From Macrostomum lignano (lineage: Eukaryota), in contig NIVC01000236.1 in assembly GCA_002269645.1 (NCBI GenBank), forward strand, positions 372,001 through 436,000: 64,000 bases of DNA, read 5' to 3'. The position numbers and the translations under genes are program-made. The notes beneath the pieces were generated by a model, which was not told where the DNA came from, did no database searches, and was given only the letters and a program-made list of their open reading frames with translations. This document shows, in pieces, positions 1-12,500 of the stretch (positions are counted from its first letter, which is position 1; each line of letters begins with the position of its first letter).

Positions 1-464
1 AAACTTTCAATTCTACTCGTATAGCAGTCCCTCATTTTTCGAGGTAATTAATAAGGCAAAAACTCGAACGCCCCATTGTGCTACTGATAGTAGAGCAGTA
101 GAAGAGAGCAAGAAAAACATTGAATAAATCATCACTGCATGATGGCTAGCTGTCAGTTTTAATAAAGTTGCTGAGAACGAGGAGCACACAAGGAACTGCC
201 TACACGGATAAAGTGGCAGAAAAATTGGTTAATAAGCTGCTAAATTTAGATAATTGCTACGTAAGGCTTGGAAAACAAAAATTCCTACGGGCAAGTTGCA
301 CTACAAGCACACCGAAAAAAACAGTAAACATAAAACGAGTTACAACCAGCGCTGATTGCAAATGCACAACTGCTGCTAACTGCAACCCCGTAAACTCGCG
401 CATCCTTTAAACTAAAGAGAGAAACACGACTCAAAATGACACCAGATTACCACTAGCTCGTAGT

Positions 465-850
465 CCATGGACGAGTCAAATCGGGTTGAGTTATCAAATT
501 GGCAGTCCATGGACCAGTCCAATGGGCTGGGCTTATCAAATTGGCAGTCCATGGACCAGTTCAATGGGTTGGGCTTATCAAATTGGCAGTCCATGGACCA
601 GTTTAATAGGATGGGTTATCAAATTGGCAATCCATGGACCAGTCCAATAGGATTGTTATCAAATTGGGAGTCCATGGACCAGTTCAATGGGTTGGGCTTA
701 TCAAATTGGCAGTCCATGGACCAGTCCAATAGGCTGGGCTTATCAAATTGGCAGTCCATGGACCAGTTCAATAGGCTGGGCTTACAAATTGGCAGTCCTT
801 GGACCAGTTCAATAGGCTGGGCTTATCAAATTGGCAGTCCATGGACCATA
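465..850. repeat. 42-bp minisatellite downstream of LMF2
   Basis: Tandem GGACCAGT(T/C)CAATGGGCTGGGCTTATCAAATTGGCAGTCCAT, about 9 copies. Confidence 0.9.
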
Positions 851-868
851 GGCTGGGCCTATGGGATC

Positions 869-3800
869 TCAGCCTGCCAGGACGGCCCCGGAAGCCATCC
901 GGACGCAGGCCGCGGTCACCGATGCGGACGCCACCGCCCAAAAGCCGTCTGGCTGGCCGATCGCCGCTCTGATGGCCGTCGCCAGTCGAGCAGCGGCAGC
1001 GGCAACAGCGGAGCTCACCGACGGCCCGCCAGTTGGCTTCGGCGGCGGCGGTGGAATCTTAGAGATTCCCTGCGATTCGGCGAAGCGAGCCATGGTGGCC
1101 AGGTTCACCGGCTGAAGGTATTCAGCCTGCAGCTCCCGCCGCCACCAGCGGCCTCGCCGGCTGTCGGGGTCGCCCCGCCTGGTGAACCGGTAGATGTACA
1201 GCTGGCCACGGATGTACCGAGGTGGCGACGACCCGGCAAATGGATTTTCATCCAGCAGGGCGAGGACGCTGGGCTCGTTGCTTAGCAACCGGTGAACCAG
1301 GTGCAGCAGCCGGGGATTCTGCTGGTAGCTGCCGAGAGCGGCGAACCACATCTGCCAGTCTAGGCGGGGCTGGTGCGGCGCCGCCAGGCTGGGGGCTCGG
1401 CTGAGGTTGCCCGGCTTGTGCGGGAAGCCGAACTCAAGCCACGGCCCCTCCGCGCTGTGCGAGCCCTCCAGCACCAGCTGAATGTGGTGGAATGTGGGAG
1501 AATGTGGGAGATCTGATGGCGGCTGTGGGAGCTCTGATGGCGATTGTGGGAGCTCTGATGGCGACTGTGGGAGATCTGATGGCGGCTGTGGGAGCTCTGA
1601 TGGCGACTGTGGGAGATCTGATGGCGACTGTGGGAGCTCTGATGGCGACTGTGGGAGATCTGATGGCGACTGTGGGAGCTCTGATGGCGACTGTGGAGAT
1701 CTGATGGCGACTGTGGGAGATCTGATGGCGGCTGTGGGAGATCTGATGGCGACTGTGGGAGCTCTGATGGAGACAATGGGAGATCTGATGGCGGCTGTGG
1801 GAGATCTGATGGCGACTGTGGGAGCTCTGATGGAGACAATGGGAGATCTGATGGGGACTGCGGGAAATCTGGGAGGCAAGCAAAAAGCCGAGCTCACCGC
1901 CTGAAAAGTCCGTAGCTGTTGACAATCTCCAGGCCGCTGGTTCGGCCATAGACGCTGCGCACCGCATACGGCAGCTGAGCTTGCAGGGCCTCGTCGGTGG
2001 CCGCGTGGGGCACCAGGCTGGCTGTGAACACGAAGGCAACGAAAGCGGACAGCAGCATTGCCTGCAGCAGACCGAGCAGCCTGCCGAGAACGCCTCGGCA
2101 GTGCAGAGCAGCGCTGCGGGGAGGCCCATTTGCCCTGTCTTCATGAAGCTTGAGCAGAAACCCCACACTCCAACCCATACCCAGACAGGAACTCACCGGA
2201 CAACAGCCGCCAGCACCTCGTAGACAAGCCAGGCCAGCCCCACATACACAGACAGCACCAGGCCGCTGCGGTTGAACTTCACCAGATCGTTCATGCTGAA
2301 GGCTGGTAGAATTTTGCAGCGGAGAATTTTCGAATATAAAAAACTAACTTGAAAGGTTCAAAGTCTTTTTATACACTGTGTAAGCGCTCACCAACTTTAC
2401 TGTTGACGCGAAATCCAGGCCCCACAGACAGGCTGAACAGGCGCACGGTCAGATAGAAGAGCCCCACAAACAGAGTGGCTGAGATGCCCCACTCCAGCAG
2501 CTTCAGTCCTGCGTGGGATGCAGTTGCTGGGAAATGAGTTCCTGATGGGAATCAAGGCTGTGCGGTGAGAAAACCACAAACCAGTCACTCACCCGCGGCT
2601 CGCCTGGGCCCTTTTCTAGTCGAGAAATCGTCATCGTGAAGCAGCGACAGACAGAGACAGATGGTGAGCAAGTTGAAGAAATTATAGTTGCCGGACACTA
2701 TGATGGAGCATTGCAGGAGCAGCTGGAAAATTGGTACAGTGATATACTAATAGTGTGTAAATATGTAATAGTGTCTAGGTCTGGGGTGGCGGCTCAGCAA
2801 CTGAGGGTCTGGGTGGGGGGGGGGGGGCAGTGGCGGTGGCCCAGCAACCGAGAGTCTGGAAGGAGTGGCTGTGGCCCAGCAACTGAGGATCTGGGGGGAG
2901 TGGCGGTGGCCCAGCAACTGAGGATCTGGGGGGAGTGGCGGTGGCCCAGCAACTGAGGATCTGGGAGGAGTGGCGGTGGCCCAGCAACTGAGGATCTGGG
3001 GGGAGTGGCGGTGGCCCAGCAACTGAGGATCTGGGGGGAGTGGCGGTGGCCCAGCAACTGAGGATCTGGGGGGAGTGGCGGTGGCCCAGCAACTGAGGAT
3101 CTGGGGGGAGTGGCGGTGGCCCAGCAACTGAGGATCTGGGAGGAGTGGCGGTGGCCCAGCAACTGAGGATCTGGGGGAGGGGTGGAGGTAGCCCAGCAAC
3201 TGAGGATCTGGGGGGAGTGGCGGTAGCCCAGCAACTGAGGATCTGGGGGGAGTGAAGGTAGCCCAGCAACTGAGGATCTGGGGGGAGTGGCGGTAGCCCA
3301 GCAACTGAGGATCTGGGGAAGTGGAGGTAGCCCAGCAACTGAGGATCTGGGGGGAGTGGCGGTAGCCCAGCAACTGAGGATCTGGGGGGAGTGGAGGTAG
3401 CCCAGCAACTGAGGATCTGGGGGGAGTGGAGGTAGCCCAGCAACTGAGGATCTGGGGGGAGTGGCGGTAGCCCAGCAACTGAGGATCTGGGGGGGGGGAG
3501 TGGCAGTGGCCCATAACTGAGAATCTGGGAGGAGTGGCAGTGGCCCATAACTGAGGATCTGGGGGGAGTGGCAGTGGCCCACAACTGAGGATCTGGGGGA
3601 GTGGCAGTGGCCCATAACTGAGGATCTGGGGGAGGGGTGGCGGTAGCCCAGCAACTGAGGATCTAGCCCAGTTTATAACTATTATAGATACACCTAGCAA
3701 GTTAACCTCAGCCTCTCACCTGCGAGAAGAAGCAGAACTTCCTAACCGCCCGGACGGGCACAAAGAACAGAAACGGCACAGCAATTTCGATAACGAAGGT

Positions 3801-6800
3801 GGCCACAACGCACAGAGCCTGGAACCAGGGCGGCAGCTGGTGGGAGAACCAGGCCAACGGAGTCGGCAGGCACTGGCGGAGACGGGGAGATAATCATGGC
3901 CTGAGTTCGGGACACAGAGTTTTGCATCCTACGAGCATTTACTGTAAATTTACTCTAACCTCTAAAAACTACTTGCAGTAGGAACATGTGCAGATTATTT
4001 GTTATTCCTCGGTATACACAGTATACCCAGCACTGCTTTGGCATTGCCAATGTCTAAACTGCTTCAGCATTGCCTGTGTCTGAACTGCTTCAGCATTGCC
4101 TGTGTCTGAACTGCTTCAGCATTGCCTGTGTCTAAACTGCTTCAGCATTGCCTATGTCTGAACTGCTTCAGCATTGCCTGTGTCTAAACTGCTTCAGCAT
4201 TGCCTATGTCTGAACTGCTTCAGCATTGCCTGTGTCTGAACTGCTTCAGCATTGCCTGTGTCTGAACTGCTTTGGCATTGCCTGTGTCTGAACTGCTTCA
4301 GCATTGCCTGTGTCTGAACTGCTTTGGCATTGCCTGTGTCTAAACTGCTTCAGCATTGCCTGTGTCTGAACTGCTTCAGCATTGCCTGTATCTAAACTGC
4401 TTCAGCATTGCCTGTGTCTAAACTGCTTCAGCATTCAGCCGACAGCCTGCAGCTCACCTGGGACTCGTAGTGCCAATCAAGCGCCGTGAGGCCCCACCAG
4501 GTGGGACAGCCGCTGGTGAGCTTGACCACACCCGAGGCCAGCATGAGGCGGAACAGCAGCCACTTGACGGCGAACATGCCCAGGCCGCTGCTGACCCGAT
4601 CGGAGCCCTCGATGGGCAGGCGGAGGGACAGGCCGATGGCCAGGAAGCCGGCCTCCAGCAGCAGGATGTCCCACTGGAACCACATGAACGTCTGGCCGAC
4701 GCTGAACAGTGACAGGTACAGCAGCCAGAGCAGGGCGTACACTGGCAGGCTGCCGAACCATGGCAGCGCGCAGGCGGCGAAGGCGAGCAGACAGCCCAGG
4801 CTCGCGACCAGTTCAGCCGCCTGAGCGTAGCTGAGGCCCAGCTGGGGGGCCAGGCGCAGCAGAGACGGCTGGCCGCTGAACAGCTGCTGGACCGAGTGAA
4901 CTTCTGCGACAGGACAGTGGCGCATGTGGGATGTTTGACGGGGTTCCGGCTACAAAGACTGTGATTGGATATACTATTATACTGTTATATATATACTATT
5001 TCCAGAAGTAGCTATAATGACAATTAAACATGATAAGCCAATAGTTTATAACTATGAGAATAAAAAATATTCATTAAATACATACCATCATTTGAAATGC
5101 TGGCATAGATAGGTAAAATGCCATTGTCTCCATATAATCCTGAAGGGAAAAAGTAAAAAGAATACATAGAATATAAATTAAAATTCGTTTAATCATTCTT
5201 ATAGGTAATATTTAATATAAAACCATTCATGTTACTATTTTCAAAATAAATTACAAATAAAAAATTCCATTAAAGTAATTAAATAAATCAAAATTGGTTA
5301 ACCTTTTGTACTAAGCTAAATGATCCAGGTAAACTTATTAACTGTCCATTTTTATGTCTATCTGAATATCTATTATGAGTAGAAAGACCTACACATTGGT
5401 ATAAATCTTGCTATATACATAGTATATATCTATAATAGTATACACTAGTGCATTAAGCCCCCATGGGGGCATTCGAATTCAAAATCCAAACATTGAAAGC
5501 ATGAAAATTGTTTTTTTGAATATTTGACCATCTTCTTCTAAATCTATTTTTCATTGTTTGAAATTTTATATATACTCTAGCAACATTGAAAAGTTGCCAC
5601 TATGGCGCCAGTGAGCAATTTCTCTTGGACTATTCTGAAATAAAATATACAAGAAAACTGATTGGGTAGCTTTAATCCATCCAACAAAACCCTCGCACAC
5701 CACATCCCTCTCACTTCATTCCTCAACTCAAGCCTGCCACGGCATTGCAAGTTGCGTCACTTACAAAGATGGAGAAGCTTACCTACACTCTAAAAATTGG
5801 CAACCACAGACTTTTTGATGTTACTGGGTATAAGCACACTATGACACCCAGCCCCTGATGGTGGGCTTTCAAGTAAAAAACTCAAACATTGAAAGCATTA
5901 ACAACTTTGTTTTTTGAATATTTGACCCACTAACAATTGGTAGAAATTTTATATACTGATTTGCCAAATGAATTTAAATCAACTGGGCCCATTAGCTACT
6001 GCCCACCATCTACAACTGCCCCACCCAGTGTTGTATTCATAAAATAAGACAAACAAAATCAGATCAGTTTAGGGGGTTGATAAACTTTAGTCCAGCTTTT
6101 TACCCCCCCCCAAGCACCCATTCTTTTATCAACAATAATAGAATTCAACCAACCAATCCCACAAATTGCAAGCCTGCCACACAAAGGGTCATAAAAATCC
6201 TTTTGCTTAATTGTGGTGAATGTACATCCTACACTGTACATTGGCAAAGGAGAGGCCTAAATGGTTGAACTGAGCAATTAAATTTAGAAATAGAGTGCCC
6301 ATTGAAAACATTAGGAAATTAATTTTCAAATATTTGACCCACTTCCCATTTGAATTTTTCATCAAAAAAAGTTATGCATAATCCCCAAAAAATTTAGAAT
6401 TTTAAAAAGCAAATTTGAAAAAAAAAATTGGTTAGATAGTTCTTGAAAAAATCAATGACAAACAGACAGACAGATAAACAGCATAAAATTAATACATCGA
6501 TTTATTTACTATTTGACCTTATCAATAAATAGTTCAACATTTTAAGAAAATGAGCCTAATTCATAAAAATACAATTGTAACTATCATATATGGCATTGCT
6601 AAGTTTTATTGCTAAAGGTAATATAAAGTTTGTAGAAATGGACAAACATGGAAAATGTTTTAAATTCTGCTATGTTGTGTATATAAAAACTGTAACAAAT
6701 TGTTTTTGTGCAAGTGTAATTAGTTAAGCTTATTTTATTTAATTTAGTTGGTTTAGTTAATAAAAACATTATCACCAGAAAGTAATTTTATCTTCTAGCA

Positions 6801-8832
6801 GACAAACTAATAACAGATATAAAGTGACTTAACCCCAATTTTAAATATAGTCAATTAACTTAAGGCTAAGTTAGAATTTTGGTTTGGGTCTATTTATAAA
6901 AATAATGCTTTATAATTACCTGGATTAAGGCTAATTTAAGAAAAATTGGAATTAAATTCAAATTTAAAAAATTCAAATTGAAAGGCTAAATTAAATCAAG
7001 CTAAAATAAGCTATAATTGAGGGGATAATTAGGGACTCCACCTTACAAGCTAAAGTTCCTAATTATCCCTTTGCTTGTTCTCTAGGTCCAATTTTTGTAA
7101 AAAAATTGCCAAATCTAGTTTCCTAGTGTCATTGTGAGCAGAATGATATATTATTTTTATACATAAGTTACTTGGGCTCCACTTTATGAACTTAAGTTAA
7201 AAAGGCCCTTTGTGCATTTTTGTTAAAATTTCAAATCCTTACCTTGTAAAAACATGCAAATCAGTTTTTTATTTTAATAGCTATCAATTTTCACAATTAT
7301 ATATACATGGAAAAGTTAGGACAACCATTGTGCCTATAATTGATAATGTAATTTTTTCAATTTTGATATGTCATATACCAAAATATTAAATATGTATACC
7401 AAAAGCCCAAAATCATTTTTTCTATACTAAAATATATGCCAAATTTTTTGAGTGTATCCTAGAAAATTTCTAGTGTATATACCTTCTTTCTGACTTTGCC
7501 TATTATATATTTATTAATTGTATCTTGATTTTATTACAGCAAATAAGGACCTACATAGACTTAAATAGCATTTTATATAGATAAAGAAATCAATTGGTAT
7601 ATTTTCATGCTTAAACAAATTTTAAACATTTAAATTAACTTTAAATATCAATAGTTTATATTATTTTTTGCTATAACAAGTTATTTGCCATACCCATAGT
7701 TTCATACATGCGCAACCCCCCTGATTTACACTGGCCATGCAACTTACTTTTTGACCAAAAATGCGACTTACCTGTGAAAAACCCTAAAGCAAGATTAACT
7801 CAGTTTTGGGTAAATGGCAGGAGTAACTATGACTGTCTTATCAGGCAAAAATGCCTAAGCATCTAATTAGTACTACATCCGTATTCTTTAGGGTGGCATT
7901 TTTGCGACTTACCCCTGGTCCACCACAATTTACGGTGGCCAGATTGGCAAGGTCGGCCAGCAGTTGCGCATGTATGCATAGTTTGGAAGGCAACATTTAT
8001 GCCAAGATTTCTTGATGAATAGGCCCTAACACAAATACTTGCCATTTTTTAGTATATTTTAGCATACATCTTAGTATATATGACACAGTGGAAAAATTTT
8101 GGCTTAGATCTATGGCATACCTATGTACATGTTAGAATCAAATAAAGTGACTTTTTATATAAACTATGCTATATGCAATGCAATACTATTAATATAGATT
8201 TATAGAACAAATAATAAAAAAAAATTTAAACTTTGTGCCCTAAATTTTTTCTCAATTGTTAGCAAACAAAAGTATCTAAAATACTTCTTTAATATTGTCT
8301 TTTCTCAGTGCATCATGCATGTTGCAAAAGTGCATACTTTTAAGATTATTATTTTGTATGAATAATAAATTCAAGAATAAAAGAGTATAACTTGCTCTAG
8401 TATACAAAGTTGAAAACATTTTTAGTCCTGGCATACAAAGGTGGTCCTATACTTTTTCATCCCACTGTACCTGGCATACACTAATACATAATCCGAACTA
8501 TGGGTTATTGGCCATATTAAAAAAGTTTATTTCAACTTATAATAATAGCATAGGATTAGTCTATATAACTGAGTTAAAATTAAAACATGTAGCAATAAAT
8601 ATTCCAATCAAAAAACCTAATAAAACACCTATTATATTATAGTTAATAAAACTATCAACTATATTATATTCCAAGAATCCAAAGCTAAATATTTAGCAAT
8701 ACTACAAGTTCCTACAAGTTAACTTGATTTAACAAACTTACCGGGCAGCTGTACATATATTGAAACAAATGCTATCAAATAAACGAAATTCAAGGCAGAA
8801 AGAAATCGATTAAAAACCATAACTTGTGACAT
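869..8832 (-). CDS. LMF2: Lipase maturation factor 2 homolog (multi-exon; one conserved micro-exon not found)
   Basis: Exons on minus with GT-AG and matching phases: 8742-8832 ([30 protein letters not shown]), 5086-5139 ([10 protein letters not shown]), 4458-4903 ([13 protein letters not shown]...[26 protein letters not shown]), 3720-3872 ([11 protein letters not shown]), 2593-2722 ([11 protein letters not shown]), 2392-2526, 2197-2302, 1898-2113 (NSYGLFR), 869-1477 (LVLEGS...[14 protein letters not shown]...RWWRR). These motifs match the LMF1/LMF2 family, with LMF2-type spacing. There is a phase mismatch between 1898 and 1477 (see findings). Confidence 0.93.
1495..1860. repeat. 21-bp minisatellite, LMF2 last intron
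   Basis: Tandem GGGAG(A/C)TCTGATGGCGACTGT. Confidence 0.9.
2830..3665. repeat. ~35-bp G-rich minisatellite, LMF2 intron
   Basis: Tandem CCCAGCAACTGAGGATCTGGGGGGAGTGGCGGTGG. Confidence 0.9.
4035..4432. repeat. 26-bp minisatellite, LMF2 intron
   Basis: Tandem TGTGTCTGAACTGCTTCAGCATTGCC. Confidence 0.9.
7703..7976. mobile_element. Non-autonomous hAT-type MITE, copy 1 (LMF2 intron 1)
   Basis: 14-bp terminal inverted repeats CATACATGCGCAAC...GTTGCGCATGTATG, flanked by an 8-bp target-site duplication CATAGTTT (7695-7702 and 7977-7984). An 8-bp TSD is characteristic of hAT elements. Confidence 0.9.
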
Positions 8833-9590
8833 TTTTGTTAAGTAATTAAAGCTGTTTTACTGTCTAGAGGTAAGTAGGGCCTAAAATTATTCAACAATAC
8901 AAGGCTGCAAGACTGGGCAAGACAGAAGGCTAATTTAAATAATGAAAAAATATAGACGTAGCTAATGTGCAAGACTGATGTTGTAAATTTTAGAGATTGA
9001 AATTCAGACCAAAATGGATTAATCTAAAAAACAGGGCCTAGACAGTATACATTAGATAAGATTCAAAACAGATAAATCGATCGAGTTTGATAAGAAAAAT
9101 TTTTGTTTCATAGAAAGCTTTTCGCTGAAATTTCGCCAATATGAGTTTTATTTAAACAAATATAAAATCTTAAACGGCCTTATGGCTACCTTGATTTATC
9201 CTAAGCAATTTATGCACAATGCAAGCAATGTATGTCGCTTCGATTGAGTTAAACAGTTGTTCTAGCAGTCCTTGTTCTGGAAATTATTTGATTGCATAGT
9301 TCTCGGAAATATCGAATCTGTGAACTTGTGAATATCACAACATCAGTGATGAGGACAGATTTGGCGATTATGCTTTAAAGTTTTTTTCAGAAATTTTCAT
9401 TCGGTTTTTATTGATTTATCGCTAGTAGTAAACATATTTTAAACGAAAATAGCAAGTAGAAGAATTATTACTTTAGTCAATTTCATTTAATACTATTTAT
9501 TGAGAAGCTTGACTTAAGTCCTAGACTCCTAGCTCCTAATCTTATCTTAAGTAAGTCTTACTGAAGTTACTGACTGCGACTGATTTCATA
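8833..9590. promoter_or_regulatory. Bidirectional promoter region between LMF2 (-) and QPRT-like (+)
   Basis: The two start codons diverge and lie ~760 bp apart. CpG dinucleotides are locally frequent here (e.g. ATCGAT, TTTCGC, CTCGGAAATATCGA) compared with the CpG-poor flanks. Confidence 0.7.
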
Positions 9591-12500
9591 ATGACGCATA
9601 TTACTTCTCTTAGTGCAATAAAGAACATTGTAAAACTATGGATCGAGGAGGATAATATTATAAGCAACTCTGGTGGAGTTTTTGTTCAATTTGATTCTAA
9701 TGCAAGCAGACTAAATTTTCACAACACTGGAGAAAATGATCAGACTTGTGAAGATGATACTGAAGTTAATAGTTTTAATGAACACCCTGTATTATGTGCA
9801 GTCATTTTTGAAACAAAAGGTATGTATATTGCATAGAACCTATAAAAAATTATTGGCATATGTCTATTTAGATTAGATGAAAAAGAAACTATTGCCTGGT
9901 CTGGGCATTTGATTTAATGAATAAAAATTTTATACTAATAATGAATATTAGTGCTTAGCTGCTTAAGCCCTATAAATATTAGAAGGCTTTTTTAAGGTCT
10001 ATAAAAATAAGTGATGTCTAATGACAAAGTCTTTATAGGATCTTATTAACTACTGTCTAGGGACTCTAGTTTTTTTCCTTAGTTAATTGGAAATTAACTA
10101 GTTTTTTAGTTAAGTTAAGTTAGTTAAGTTAGTTTAGGAAACGAATTAGTTTTTCCATTTGGTATAATTGTATTAATCCTAAAATTTTATTCTTTTTAGC
10201 TTGTATTCTTTAATGCCAACCCTTGATCTAAACTATATGGCATTCTTTTGGTTTACAATCACCTTCTATTTTGCCACTTTTGGTTTATGGTCACCTTATA
10301 TTTTGATCAATTGCAGCATAAAAATGGCATGTTCAAAACTAAAAACTGAAAAAAAATATGCAAAGTTGAAAGTGCACTTTGTTAGATGATGCTTATATAT
10401 TATTAGCTTCATACATGCGCAACCCCCCTGATTTACACTGGCCATGCAACTTACTTTTTGACCAAAAATGCGACTTACCTGTGAAAAAAACCCTAAACCA
10501 AAATTAATGCAGTTTTGGGTAAACGGCACAAGTAACTATGACTGTCTTATCAGCCATAAATGCCTCAGCATCTAATTAGTACTACATTGGGGTGGCATTT
10601 TTGCGACTTACCCCTGGTCCACCACAATTTACAGTGGCCAGATCAGCCAGGTCGGCCACCAGTTGCGCATGTATGATTAGCTTAGGTATACAATCATTTA
10701 AATGTATAACACAAATAGAAATGATTAGGGCCTATGAACTGAAACTGGGTTAAAATTAATATTGTATGTAGTGTATATACACTTATGGTAAAGGTATATT
10801 GCCAGCTTCAGTTTGCAATCATTTCAGTAGAGTGCATATATGGAAATGATTATAAACTGAATGTAAAGGGATATAAAGATGAGGGGCGATTTCAATGCCC
10901 TTGATCTAGAATGAGCAGCAGTTTTTTGCATGTGACTATATTTTTGTATTTGATATGCTTTTCTATAGCCAGCTTTGGTTCACAATCATTTCAATAGGCA
11001 ATATATGTTTAGGTGATTGTAAACTGAAAGTGATATATATAGGCTGCAAGCTCAAACTTGCAACTTGACAATTGAAATTATTTGACAAGCTTTCCTATAG
11101 CCAGCTTTGGTTTGTGATCATTTTAGTAGGCAATATACATGTTGCTGATTGTAAACTGAAGGTGAAATATAAGCTACAATAATCTTATCATCTTTTGAAA
11201 TAAACAGTCAGTTTGCTAGCTTTTTATTTTGTTTCATGTCAATTACAACTGTTTTTAGTGCTGATTGTCATTGTTTGAGCTGATGATCACTATTTAAAGT
11301 AATTGTTAACCAAAAGAATGCCAACTATATTTTTATCTATTTTATATAAAAATATAATTTCTATTTAAAAAACTTGACTTTAAAAAATTGAGAACTTGAA
11401 GTACCTGGTAGGGCATTTATAATATTGTATACATGTTTTATAATTACTTGTTTTTGCATATTATGTTTCTTAGAAAATCATATTTCAAAACCGCACTAAA
11501 AATAATTTTCTTTGTTTAACTTTTATGACATCCAAAAATGTTCTTGCAAAAAATTCTTTGTTATTGTTATAAACAGTTTATAATTTAGGTATAAATAGAT
11601 GCTCAGTGCAAGCCAAGAGAGACAACTTGCTGCCAACTATGAAGTAAGCAAGTTGCAAGATAATACAATTTGTTCTAAGTATTGAAATTGCTAGTTGCAG
11701 TGTTTGAAAGACTTAGTCATTTCCTTTAGAGTATCAGAAATCTGCTAAAAGGTGAGAGTTGCCTCAGGGCAAGGAAATTGCCCTGAAATTTGCTTCCTTA
11801 GCTCTTGCCTCTTGTATGCCAATGTATGCCAATAGACTAACATTGTATACAAAAAATGCCAAGACAACAATGAAAAAATACAAGCTATAGTTTAGACTTG
11901 CAATTCTTTTATTTTTACAAAAAAGTTAAATAAAAACTTGTCTTACATTTTACTGAACTATAAGAAACTTTTTTTACTTTTTTTGTTTTACTTTTTAATT
12001 TCTTAGTAAGTTGGACATAATTTTCAATCTAGTTTTTTTATCAAAAATTAGATATTCCGTCTATGCATGTGGAGACTATGCCAAATTTTAATTTGGTCAT
12101 TTTTTGTACATCAACTGTGTAAACTCATTGTAAGTTTAAAGCTCATTTAAAATAAAAAAATCACAAAAAATTAGTTGTAGGCCTAATATTTACCATAAAT
12201 ATATGAATTCTGGCTGTTTTTCCCCCCAACTGCTTTGGCCATGGAGATTTTGCCCTAGAGTACTTTTCCCCTTGTGTCTGCTTTGCTTACAAGTTACAAA
12301 CCAGTTCAGATAGGCATTTGGGTCACAATAGTGATTATTTTTTAATATATAAATAATATATTATACTCAAATATTGGTATATTTAGCTTCTCAAAGGTAA
12401 TTTTTATCAAATTTACCTGAAAAATATTTTATAATAATATAAACTCTGCAATACAAGTTATTACAATTTGTAATACTGTAAATATAATGTTCAAAAATTT

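Noticed and set aside
4904-4949. Alternative LMF2 acceptor at 4950, or ATG at 4925 as the start
   Set aside because: The upstream exon 5086-5139 ends in phase 1, which matches the acceptor at 4904 only; the true start is at 8832.
5440-6360. Degenerate ~400-bp internal duplications in LMF2 intron 2 (shared AAACATTGAAAGCAT...GAATATTTGACC and CAAGCCTGCCAC blocks)
   Set aside because: Too decayed to define TIRs, TSDs or a family; probably an old repeat remnant.
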